The notes under the pieces are model-generated. The model ran no database searches and was not told where the DNA came from. It saw only the letters and a list, made by a program, of their open reading frames with translations. Positions 1 to 7,610 of a stretch of DNA of 11,371 nt are shown here, piece after piece. Made by a program: the position numbers and the translations under genes. The stretch is from assembly GCA_038320275.1 (NCBI GenBank), contig JBBQEB010000125.1, positions 1 through 11,371 of the forward strand, in the 5' to 3' direction. Origin of the DNA: Myxococcales bacterium. Lineage in GTDB: Bacteria > Myxococcota > Myxococcia > Myxococcales > Anaeromyxobacteraceae. The first letter of the stretch is position 1; every line of letters starts with the position of its first letter.

Positions 1-106
1 CCAGGGCCGCCGTGCGCGATACCGCGGAGTTCGCAAAAACCTCTTCGACTTACGGCGAGCCTCGGCCATCCAGAACTTGGAAGCCATCCAGCGCAAGGTG
101 GCGTGA
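1..106 (+). CDS. C-terminal fragment of an IS1182/IS5-like DDE transposase (5' end outside the window)
   Basis: Frame starting at nt 2 reads QGRRARYRGVRKNLFDLRRASAIQNLEAIQRKVA, then TGA TGA (104-109). The R-x-R-Y-R-G-x-x-K...A-x-x-N-L pattern is typical of the C-terminus of IS1182/IS5-type transposases. Not in the supplied ORF track. Confidence 0.75.
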   Translation, partial: QGRRARYRGVRKNLFDLRRASAIQNLEAIQRKVA

Positions 107-138
107 TGAGATCCCTTTCAACCTATTCGGTGCTCTAG
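1..138 (+). mobile_element. Right end of an insertion sequence, probably ending at or near CTAG (135-138)
   Basis: The transposase stop is followed by about 30 nt of AT-richer sequence (TTTCAACCTATTCGGTGCT) ending in CTAG, a frequent target/end tetranucleotide of IS4/IS5-related elements. The left inverted repeat is outside the window, so the boundary is inferred. Confidence 0.5.
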
Positions 139-235
139 GAAGACGGCAGCGGCGAGAGCGAGTATCCAACGAGGGAAGCCGCCCTCGAGGCGAGCACGAG
201 CCACGCGGCGGTCAGGCGCCGCAGGCGGAGAAACC

Positions 236-322
236 ATGAGTACGGCGGTGGATACGAGGTGTGGTCCCGGCGACGACGCGCTTGCCCTGCTGAAGTCGCT
301 CGACAAGGAGGAGCTCCATTGA
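236..322 (+). CDS. 28-aa small ORF (MSTAVDTRCGPGDDALALLKSLDKEELH), possible leader peptide or gene remnant
   Basis: GGAG RBS 5 nt before the ATG. ATGA overlap with an upstream frame ending at 239. Its TGA (320-322) overlaps the TTG start of the methyltransferase. Codons are mostly GC3-rich. Confidence 0.3.
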   Translation: MSTAVDTRCGPGDDALALLKSLDKEELH

Positions 323-942
323 GCCCTCCACCGACAGACTTCGACGCGAAGGCGAGGACCTGGGATGCCAATCCATCCGGGGCCGAGCGGGCGCGGCGAG
401 TCGCCCAGAGGATGGCGCACCACCTCGGCGCCCTGCCGGGGCGCACCATCCTCGAGTACGGCGCGGGCACGGGCCTGCTCGGCTTCGCCTTGGCGGAGCT
501 CGGCGCCCGGGTGACGCTCGCCGATAGCTCGACCGAGATGCTGGCGGTGGCTCGCGAAAAGATCGCAGCCGCCGGGGCGAGCGGTCTGACGGCTCTGCAC
601 CTGGACCTGACCACCGGGCCGACACCGGACGCGCGGTACGACGTGGTCTGCACGCTGATGACGCTCCATCACCTCCCGGACACGGACGACATCCTGCGGA
701 AACTGCGGGCGCTGCTCGCGCCTGGAGGGGTCCTCTTCGTGGCCGACCTGGACCGGGAGGATGGATCGTTCCACGGCGAAGGCTTCACGGGCCACGGCGG
801 CTTCGACCGGGTGGACCTGGGGCGCCGGCTGGAGCGGGCGGGGTTCACGAGCGCCACCTTCGAGACCGTCGCCGAGGTCGTCCGGGAGGAATCGTCCGGA
901 AAGCGCGTCTACCCGGTCTTCCTCGCGGTGGCCCGGAGCTAG
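319..942 (+). CDS. Class I SAM-dependent methyltransferase (about 207 aa)
   Basis: Motif I ILEYGAGTG, acidic post-I VTLADSS-EML, motif II YDVV...MTLHHL, motif III LLAPGGVLFVADL. Start placed at TTG 319 because of the strong RBS AAGGAGGAG (305-313), rather than at GTG 259. Confidence 0.9.
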   Translation: MSPPPTDFDAKARTWDANPSGAERARRVAQRMAHHLGALPGRTILEYGAGTGLLGFALAELGARVTLADSSTEMLAVAREKIAAAGASGLTALHLDLTTGPTPDARYDVVCTLMTLHHLPDTDDILRKLRALLAPGGVLFVADLDREDGSFHGEGFTGHGGFDRVDLGRRLERAGFTSATFETVAEVVREESSGKRVYPVFLAVARS

Positions 943-1315
943 CGGCAACGCCCAGCCCGTCGAACTGTCGCGGAACTTACGGCTCAAACGGGAACGAAGC
1001 GCTCGAGGGTGCGGCCCTTCACCTCCGGGGCAACCCTGGCCAGGCGAGCCAGCGGCCTCTCCCCGAACCGGGTCGACTCCGCGTAGGTGCTGGGCATGAG
1101 TCGAAGCATCTTCGGTCGGGCGCCGGATGCGCCCGCTCCAACCCGAGTGAGCCCCCCACGCACCGAACCGTCCCGGCAGTCCCTGGCTCTCATGGTTCGG
1201 ATGGGCGCGCGGAGAAGTTGCCGGAGACGCGAAGCCGAGCGTGATCTCCTGCGAGAGAGGTACGGCCCAGTGGGCCGTCAGCTCGGCGCCGAGGGCTTTT
1301 GAGGTGAGCGCAAGC

Positions 1316-1341
1316 GTGACACGGCGACGCACCTTTCCGTC
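1316..1341 (+). promoter_or_regulatory. Possible ECF sigma-factor promoter for the HMA gene
   Basis: GTGACA-N16-CGTC, 38 nt upstream of ATG 1380, resembling the ECF41-type TGTCACA-N16-CGTC architecture. GGGAGG follows at 1360-1365. A short motif in GC-rich DNA. Confidence 0.25.
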
Positions 1342-1379
1342 GTGAACCTTCGTTCGGCCGGGAGGCTCCCACCAGCACC

Positions 1380-1727
1380 ATGCGCGAACGCCTCGTCTTC
1401 CCCGCCCTGGTCGCCCTCGGGCTCATCGGACTCGGCGGCCTCGCGCTCTGGCAAGCGCGCGGACCCGAGCGGCTGCGTGCGAGCGCAGCCGAGACCGGAA
1501 TGGCCGTGGCGGACCTCGCCATCCGGGAGATGGGTTGAGGTACCTGCCGGGCCGCGGTCCTGCGGTCCCTGGATCGGCTCGAGGGTGTGGCGAACGTCGT
1601 TCCAGGGAGGAGCGGCGTCACAGTCGCGTACGACGCAGCCCGCCTCACGCCGACGCGCATCGCGGAGACCGTGACGCGCGACACCGGGTACGCCGCGCGA
1701 CCGCCGGCCGCGACGCGCGAGCGGTGA
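1380..1727 (+). CDS. Membrane-anchored/exported heavy-metal-associated (HMA, MerP/CopZ-like) protein with predicted selenocysteine (U53, MxUxxC motif), 115 aa
   Basis: Manual translation: MRERLVFPALVALGLIGLGGLALWQARGPERLRASAAETGMAVADLAIREMG[TGA 1536-1538]GTCRAAVLRSLDRLEGVANVVPGRSGVTVAYDAARLTPTRIAETVTRDTGYAARPPAATRER*. The HMA pattern (L-x-I-x-x-M-x-C-x-x-C...V-x-x-x-L-x-x-L-x-G-V...V-x-Y-D...I...GY) spans the TGA, which occupies the first Cys position. The N-terminus is hydrophobic. Confidence 0.85.
1547..1572 (+). promoter_or_regulatory. Putative bacterial SECIS element
   Basis: Stem GGGCCGCG (1549-1556) pairs with TGCGGTCC (1561-1568), 8 bp including 2 G-U. The apical loop GUCC (1557-1560) starts with GU, 18 nt after the UGA. 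The stem can extend with CC/GG (1547-1548/1571-1572). Confidence 0.7.
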
Positions 1728-1845
1728 CGAGCGAACGACGCGCGGCTGCGCACCATGAATGACATGCCGGGGAGCAGCGGGAGGAGTCGCCTCTTCGACA
1801 GCGGGTCATGAAACGCCAGCGCTTCTTCGGCCAGAACCTGCTGCC

Positions 1846-1884
1846 TCATCCCCCCAGGTATTTGCGCGAGAACGCCATCGACAT
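1846..1884 (-). pseudogene. Possible 5' stub of the gene that followed the bufferin precursor (candidate truncated DUF692/BufB MNIO)
   Basis: Reads MSMAFSRKYLGG* starting 40 nt after the bufA2 stop, where bufB normally lies. DUF692 proteins typically begin with a short N-terminus followed by LG-x-G-x-GLR. Too short to be sure. Confidence 0.25.
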
Positions 1885-1888
1885 GGTC

Positions 1889-1915
1889 GGGGACCCGGCG
1901 CGCGCGCCGGCCCCC
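1889..1915 (-). other. GC-rich hairpin directly 3' of the bufferin precursor gene
   Basis: Perfect 16-nt palindrome CCGGCGCGCGCGCCGG (1895-1910) flanked by GGGG/CCCCC. No U-tract, so it looks more like an intercistronic stabilising stem than an intrinsic terminator. Confidence 0.45.
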
Positions 1916-1924
1916 GCTCCCTTC

Positions 1925-2206
1925 CTACATGTTGGAGGCGAGGACCTTCCCGCCCTTGCCGGTGCACGCCTTTGCGCTCTTCTCCTCAGTCCAGCCCTTG
2001 CCCTTGCAGCTGTTCTGGGCCTTGCAGGAATTGTCGGCGCCCTGGCAGCTGCCCTTGCCCTTGCACTCGTTCACGCCGCCGCAGTGCACCACCTTTGCGC
2101 CCTCCTTCGTCTTCTCGGCCTTGTCGCCAGCGCGCGCCGCGCCGGCGGCGAACAGCGAGCAGACGGTGGTTGCGATGACGGCACCCTTCATGACTTCACG
2201 GATCAT
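1925..2206 (-). CDS. bufA2: BufA2-type bufferin precursor (secreted Cys-rich metal-binding RiPP precursor), 93 aa
   Basis: Sec signal peptide ending in A-R-A. Mature region CGGVNECKGKGSCQGADNSCKAQNSCKGKGW...ACTGKGG has 6 Cys and repeated N-x-C-K-G/A units. RBS GAAAGGAAAG upstream. Confidence 0.85.
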   Translation of the reverse strand: MIREVMKGAVIATTVCSLFAAGAARAGDKAEKTKEGAKVVHCGGVNECKGKGSCQGADNSCKAQNSCKGKGWTEEKSAKACTGKGGKVLASNM

Positions 2207-2942
2207 GGGTCTTTCCTTTCGTGGTGCTGCGGTGATCGGGGCCGCGAGGAAGCGGTCCCGAGTTGTTGCGGGCGGAGGTCACCTCCCGAAGCGGCCTTCA
2301 CCTCGCCCCGCGACTTCGCGAAGAGCGACAGCTCGACGGTGCCTTGTCCGCCACGACCTTCGCGAGCGATTGCACGCGCGCGAACCAGCCCTCCGTGTAC
2401 TTGGGGCCGATGTGATAGGCGTCGCGGTCGAAGTGCTGGATCGTAGCCCGGATGCGGATGGTCTTCTTCTCGCCATAGGCGCCGGGCGGGAAGAGGAGCG
2501 CAGTACCTTTCACCTGCTCCTTGCGCCCGTCGGCGGGGCCGCGGCCGCAGGCTGTGAACGGGATCTGCGCGGCGAAAGAGGCCGGCTGCTCCGGCGCGAG
2601 CCGCCCCACCTTCACGCCCGCGAACCTCGCCTCGAAGCGGCACTCCTTGGGATCGCTCTTCTTGTTCGTCACCCACTGCTGGAAGTGCTCGGTCTTGGTG
2701 TCCTCGTTGTCGACCTTGATGCTCGAGAGCGGGACGGAGCAACTGCCCGAGGCGGTACCCACCTTCTCGTCGTAGGTGAGGTCGCAGGCGACCTGCGAGC
2801 TCTGCGCGCTGATGCGCTCGCCCAGCCTCGCGTCGAAGACGGCGGTGAAGGCGTTGTTGCCGGCATCGGGATCGGTCTTGAAGTCCTCGGCAGCGGCAGG
2901 GGCGGCGAGCACAATGGAGGCGAGAACGACGGCGCGGATCAT
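2203..2942 (-). CDS. Secreted YceI-like beta-barrel protein with an apparent 1-nt frameshift near 2342 (as written the frame stops at 2298)
   Basis: ATG 2942 with a GGAG RBS and signal peptide MIRAVVLASIVLAAPAAA. YceI-like segments SGSCSVPLSSIKVDNEDTKTEH and FDRDAYHIG. The expected last strand VVADK-GTVELSLFAK is split between two frames at AAG|GC. The second frame ends at 2203 with an ATGA overlap on the bufA2 start. Confidence 0.7.
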
Positions 2943-3066
2943 GGGCAGGTCTCCGCGCCCGGCGGTCGTGTCGAGCGTCATGCCGTTGCTGACTCGGAGC
3001 GCGCGGCGCGATTACAGCGCGGGCGCGGACGGCCCGTTTGGACCGTTCACACGTCTCGCCCTGCGG

Positions 3067-4248
3067 TCAGGACGCCCGGGCGAGGGCCGCCTTGACCCAC
3101 CCGAAGCCGATCCGCTCCTGTTCGAGCCGGACGCGCTCGCCAATCTTCCCCGACAGAAGCTCGCGGTGGAGCGCGCTCTCCGAGGCATCGAGATGTCGCA
3201 GCTCCTGGAGACACGGGTCCCGCTCCTCCACCCACATCCGCCGGTGCGCGAGGAGCGTCTCCCTGTCCATCATGATTGATGTGGTGGCCGGGTAAACCCC
3301 TCGGAACCTGTCCAGCATCGCGAAGCCGTGGGTGTCGATGTCTCCCCAGTAGAGGAGTCGCCGACGCCCGAGCCAGGGCACCTCGACGAGCCGATCCACC
3401 GCGTAACCCTGGCCGAACAGCACGAGCGTCCTCGACCGCGGTGGCAGCGCGAGCCCGTTCACCTCGTTCTCGGTGACGACGACGTCGTCGACATCGATGT
3501 CCAGCCGCGACAGGTCTTCGATGGGAACGGTCAGGTCGGCGAGCCCCTGGATGCGCAGGTCGTCGTCGAGCAGCCGAAAGCGAACGAGAAACGGCTTCTC
3601 CCGCAAACCGAACCGTTTGTCGAACGAGATCCCCTTTTCGGTGCCGATCGCCGACTGCGGAAGGACCTGGCCGAGCAGCTCCGCCAACAGACCGCGATGC
3701 TGCTCGATGAACTTCGTGTCCACGCCCTCGACCTCGAGCTGCCTCCGGTAGAGGCCGGAACGCGGATGATCCCGGAACCACGCCAGCACGGCCAGGAGCC
3801 CGCCCCACTCCTCCCCCACCTCGAGAACCTTCATCGGATTGCGTGCGGCCCACGAATTTAGCTCCGCGAACGCGCCGCCGATGCGCCTCCGAAGGGAGTG
3901 GAAGCGCTCGGCCGAGCGCACCCTCCCGATCATCCGGAGCGCGGTGGCCTGCGTTGGAATGCGGATTCCGCTCGGGATCCGGTTGGCTCCGAGCTGCCTG
4001 TGGGCGATCTCCTCGAAAGCCACTTCGTATCCGTGCGCCTTGCTCCCCGCCTCGAGCTCGCGGATCCACGCGCGCGCCTCTTCGAATCTCGACCCGAGCT
4101 CGAGACGAGTGGGGCCGCGGAATCGCAGCGGCATGGGGAAGAATGGGTCGTCCCATTCCGACCGTCCGAGGAGTTTGCCGTTCGCCCATAGGCGCTCGAC
4201 CTGGCCGACGATGTCGATGGGCCTGGTCCAGCGTCCCTGCGACATCAC
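3067..4248 (-). CDS. jetD: Wadjet JetD TOPRIM nuclease (DUF3322 + DUF2220)
   Basis: N-terminal GxNxIP and YxRQLxVxGVDTKFIE motifs. TOPRIM residues VVTENEVNG and YWGDIDTHGF, C-terminal RLEQERI. Overlaps the jetC stop (GTG 4248 or ATG 4245). Confidence 0.93.
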   Translation of the reverse strand: MMSQGRWTRPIDIVGQVERLWANGKLLGRSEWDDPFFPMPLRFRGPTRLELGSRFEEARAWIRELEAGSKAHGYEVAFEEIAHRQLGANRIPSGIRIPTQATALRMIGRVRSAERFHSLRRRIGGAFAELNSWAARNPMKVLEVGEEWGGLLAVLAWFRDHPRSGLYRRQLEVEGVDTKFIEQHRGLLAELLGQVLPQSAIGTEKGISFDKRFGLREKPFLVRFRLLDDDLRIQGLADLTVPIEDLSRLDIDVDDVVVTENEVNGLALPPRSRTLVLFGQGYAVDRLVEVPWLGRRRLLYWGDIDTHGFAMLDRFRGVYPATTSIMMDRETLLAHRRMWVEERDPCLQELRHLDASESALHRELLSGKIGERVRLEQERIGFGWVKAALARAS

Positions 4249-7200
4249 GCGCTCCGCCGCGCCTTCTCTGCGCGGTACTGCTCGATGGTGAGGTTCCGGA
4301 GCTTCGACCGCTGCCCATCCGTGTTCGAGACGAACCCGACGTTCGCCACGAAGGGCTCGATGACGTGGATCTTCTGGAGCGGCGTCACCACGAGGAGCTG
4401 CAGGTTCAGCTTCCGGAAGAGCTCGAGCCCGTAGGTGGCCGACTCGTCCGATCCGCGCCCGAAGGCCTCGTCGATGACGACGAAGCGGAACGACCTGGAG
4501 CGCGTCTCACCCCACTCGAGCCCGAACTGATATGCGAGGCTCGCGGCGAGCACGGTGTACGCGAGCTTCTCCTTCTGCCCGCCCGATTTGCCGCCCGAAT
4601 CGGCGTAGTGCTCGTGCTCCGCGTCGCCTTCGACGAACCGCTCGGACGCCGAGAAGGCGAACCAGTTGCGGACGTCGGTCACCTTGCGGGTCCAGCGATC
4701 GTCGAGGTCGGTGGTTCCCTCCCTGCCCCGGAAGCGCTCGATGATCTTCTTCACCTGCAGGAACTTCGCCTCCGAGTACGCTTCGTCTCCCGATCCGACG
4801 AGCGTCCCCTCGGTACAGCCCCTGAGGTCCTGCTGGAAGTCGCGCACCTCGGCGTCCACCGCAGCCGAGGCTTCGAGCCGGATGTACCGCCCGGGGTTGA
4901 ACTCGATCTCCCGGAGCGATCGATTGATCCGATCGATCCGCTCCCGGATCACCTGGCTCTCTCGGCGGAGCTGCGATTGGAAGTTTGCGACCTCGCGGAT
5001 GGTGTTCTCGTTGAGGAGGTCCTTGAAGCGCCGCTCAAATCGCGGGAGATCGTCACGGCTGAGCACGTCGAGCATGCGGCGGTACTCGTTGGCGGCCTCG
5101 ACCGCCGCAGCGGCGTCCCTCGTCTCGACCGGGTACGCGCTCCGATACTCCTGCATGTCCGCGACGATGCGCTGCCCGAGCCGCGTCCTGCGTAGCTCCG
5201 CCGCGTCGATGCGCTGCTGCAAGCACTCCCGAAGCGAACGCTCCACCTCTCCCGCATTCTCGATGTCGAGCGCCACCCCCGCGCTCGCCTGGTCGTGAAG
5301 CGCCTGAAGCGTCGGGAACGAGTCGCGCTCTCCCAACGTGGTGGCGGACTCGAGCTCCCGCGTCGTCTCGAGCCTTCGGGCGAGCGCCTTGCTCTGCTCC
5401 TCGGCCCGGACGATCTCGGTCTGAACCGCCTTGCGCTCCTTCTCGCACCTCGCAAGCTCCGCCTCGATGACCGCGAGCTGGCCCTCCAGGGTCCGGAGAA
5501 CGTTCGACGCACTCTCCAGGGCCTTCATCTCGGCCTGGAGTTGCTCCTGCTCGACGACGCTCGTGCGCCAGTCCACGTCCGAGAAGCACGGGTGCGCCGC
5601 GAGCGCATGGAGGGCCGCGAGAAGTCTCTGGTCGCGCTCTTCCTGGTCTCGGGCGGCGGCGCAGGATGCCGCCTCCGTTCGCGCCCTCTCCTCGATCACC
5701 TCGAGCGAACGGTCGAGGGCGGCCAGCTTCTCGGTGTTTGCCCAGCCGAGGACGTACTGCGTTCGGTCGTCGATGCGCCGCCGGTCGTCCTTGGTGTGCC
5801 TCGGGCCACCCTTCACCTGACCGAACCGCGTCAGCGCCCTCGGCTCCCGGCGGAACTCCTCCAGCGAGTCGCAGCAGGCGAGGTCGAACCCTCGTGCGAC
5901 CTCCACCTCGACCCACGCTGCGAGCGGCTCCCCATGCTTGAGCTCGAGCTTGCGGATGAGGGAATTCGGACTTGCGCTCGCCCTCCCCGCCTTGCAGTCC
6001 TTCGCCCGGAAGTACGACATCCGCGTCCCGAGGTGGTTCGCGTCCACCCACGCCGACACCGCTGCGTAGTGAGCCTCCGGCACCAGGAGCGACGTGCCGA
6101 ATCCCCGGAGCACGCGCTCGATGGCCCCTTCCCAGGAGCGTTCGTCGGAGCGGACGCGCAGGAGCTCGCCCGCGAACGGCAAGTCCGCCTCTTCGATGCC
6201 GGTCGCCGCGCAGAGCGTCGTCCGCAGGCGCAGGAAGTCGGCCGGGATGTTGGACCGGCGTGCCCGGATCGCCTCGATCTCCTCGGCCGTCTCGGCCCGT
6301 TCCTTTGCTGCTGCCTGAAGACGGACCCCGGCGTCGATGGCTCGCTGCCGCAGTTCTGCGATCCGGCGTTCGGCTGCGGAGGCGACCGAGGCGGCCTCGC
6401 GCTGATTGGTGAGGAACGCCTGATCATCCCGCGCCTCGGCGAGGCCAGCGTCTCGCGCATGACGCTCGTACTCGGATGCTCGCCGCTCGCGCTGCGCACG
6501 TTCTCGGCCGCAAGCTTCGAGGGAAGAGCGGATCCGCTCGATGCGCTCCCCTCCGTTCCGGGCGATATCCTGCTTGAGGTCGTCACGGCGCCCGTTTTGC
6601 TTTCTCCTCGTCTCGTCGGCCTGGTCCGCGTCGATCGCGAGGCTCGCCTGCCGGTCCGCGGACTTCTCGAGCGCTGCCGAGAGCAGCTCCAACGTGAGCG
6701 AGGCCACCCAGGCGCGCAGCGCATCGCGGGCAGCGCGGTCGTGGCCGATCGCGGCCGCCAGTCGATCGTACTCGTCGCACTCCTCGACGATCGGACCGAG
6801 GCGGCGGACCTGGTCCTTCGCCTTCAGCACGGCCTCGTGAGCCCGGGTCAGGTCGTCGACGTGCCCGATGAGCGCTGTGATGCGCTCCTCGACCGGGAAG
6901 GGCTGCAACATGTGCTGCCGCACGAAGTCGGTGAGATTCCCCACCGACTTCATGGACACGGTCTGGTTGAAGAGGTCGAGGGCTTGGTCGTTCTCGATGC
7001 CGAAGCGCCGGCGGAAGGCGGCCTGGTAGGGCGGGAACGAATCCCAGACCTCCTTGGTGAGGGTCTTGAGGCGCTTTCGCAGCCCCGGAACGTCGTCGAA
7101 CCCGGAGAAGTGCTGGGCGATGGTGAGGGCCTCGTCTGCGACGACGAAGAGGCGCGCCGGCTGACCCTCCTGATCCCGCAGCCAGAAGAGCTGCGCGACC

Positions 7201-7610
7201 GTCACGGACTGCCGGTATCCCTCGTTGTGAAACTGCGCGAGGAGTACGGAGTAGCTGTTGGGGTCGCGCAATGCGACCGGCCTCGCTCCACCTCCGGTCT
7301 CGCTCCGCTCCGACTTGTAGTGTCCGAGGAAGTAGGAGCGGACCGTGCGCTCGCGAGCGTCCGCGCCGGCCGCCTTGTTGAACGAGACGCGCTGAGGAGG
7401 GACGAGCAGTGTCGTGATGGCGTCCACGATGGTAGACTTCCCCGACCCGATGTCGCCGGTGAGGAGCGAGGTGTCGCCTCCAGCGTGGAACCCCCACACG
7501 CGGCCGTCGAACGTACCCCAGTTGTACAGCTCGAGACGCTGCAGCCGGAACCCGGCTCGCTCGACCGGAGCGGCGAGGTCCATCAGGTCTCGCTGGCTGC
7601 GGGCGTTCAT
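4245..7610 (-). CDS. jetC: Wadjet JetC SMC-family ATPase (about 1121 aa)
   Basis: RLQRLELYNWGTF, Walker A GDIGSGKST, long coiled coils with a central hinge (LPFAGELL...WEGAIERVL), signature SGGQKEKL, Walker B VVIDEAF. True start ATG 7610 (ATGA overlap with the jetB stop), not 8153. Confidence 0.95.
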   Translation of the reverse strand: MNARSQRDLMDLAAPVERAGFRLQRLELYNWGTFDGRVWGFHAGGDTSLLTGDIGSGKSTIVDAITTLLVPPQRVSFNKAAGADARERTVRSYFLGHYKSERSETGGGARPVALRDPNSYSVLLAQFHNEGYRQSVTVAQLFWLRDQEGQPARLFVVADEALTIAQHFSGFDDVPGLRKRLKTLTKEVWDSFPPYQAAFRRRFGIENDQALDLFNQTVSMKSVGNLTDFVRQHMLQPFPVEERITALIGHVDDLTRAHEAVLKAKDQVRRLGPIVEECDEYDRLAAAIGHDRAARDALRAWVASLTLELLSAALEKSADRQASLAIDADQADETRRKQNGRRDDLKQDIARNGGERIERIRSSLEACGRERAQRERRASEYERHARDAGLAEARDDQAFLTNQREAASVASAAERRIAELRQRAIDAGVRLQAAAKERAETAEEIEAIRARRSNIPADFLRLRTTLCAATGIEEADLPFAGELLRVRSDERSWEGAIERVLRGFGTSLLVPEAHYAAVSAWVDANHLGTRMSYFRAKDCKAGRASASPNSLIRKLELKHGEPLAAWVEVEVARGFDLACCDSLEEFRREPRALTRFGQVKGGPRHTKDDRRRIDDRTQYVLGWANTEKLAALDRSLEVIEERARTEAASCAAARDQEERDQRLLAALHALAAHPCFSDVDWRTSVVEQEQLQAEMKALESASNVLRTLEGQLAVIEAELARCEKERKAVQTEIVRAEEQSKALARRLETTRELESATTLGERDSFPTLQALHDQASAGVALDIENAGEVERSLRECLQQRIDAAELRRTRLGQRIVADMQEYRSAYPVETRDAAAAVEAANEYRRMLDVLSRDDLPRFERRFKDLLNENTIREVANFQSQLRRESQVIRERIDRINRSLREIEFNPGRYIRLEASAAVDAEVRDFQQDLRGCTEGTLVGSGDEAYSEAKFLQVKKIIERFRGREGTTDLDDRWTRKVTDVRNWFAFSASERFVEGDAEHEHYADSGGKSGGQKEKLAYTVLAASLAYQFGLEWGETRSRSFRFVVIDEAFGRGSDESATYGLELFRKLNLQLLVVTPLQKIHVIEPFVANVGFVSNTDGQRSKLRNLTIEQYRAEKARRSA

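Noticed and set aside
320..322. TGA of the 28-aa ORF as a second Sec codon
   Set aside because: No Cys-type motif context, and read-through would run out of frame over the well-supported methyltransferase.
943..1315. Short ORFs 984-1193 (-) and 1087-1302 (+) between the methyltransferase and the HMA gene
   Set aside because: No recognisable domain or clear RBS. They could be a degraded gene remnant, but this cannot be supported from the sequence.
118..1332. 404-aa minus-strand ORF
   Set aside because: Mostly antisense to the methyltransferase, with no recognisable motif; typical GC-rich shadow ORF.
1190..1849. ORF-track calls 1190-1849 (-), 1342-1674 (+) and 1535-1762 (+)
   Set aside because: Low-complexity R/S/P/A-rich translations. 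The region is better explained by the TGA read-through HMA gene at 1380-1727.
2990..3046. TGTAAT...AGTC ECF-like promoter and a 7-bp hairpin (3029-3046) between jetD and the YceI-like gene
   Set aside because: The -10 element does not match the CGAA expected for SigF-type bufferin promoters, and the hairpin has no U-tract; too weak to call.
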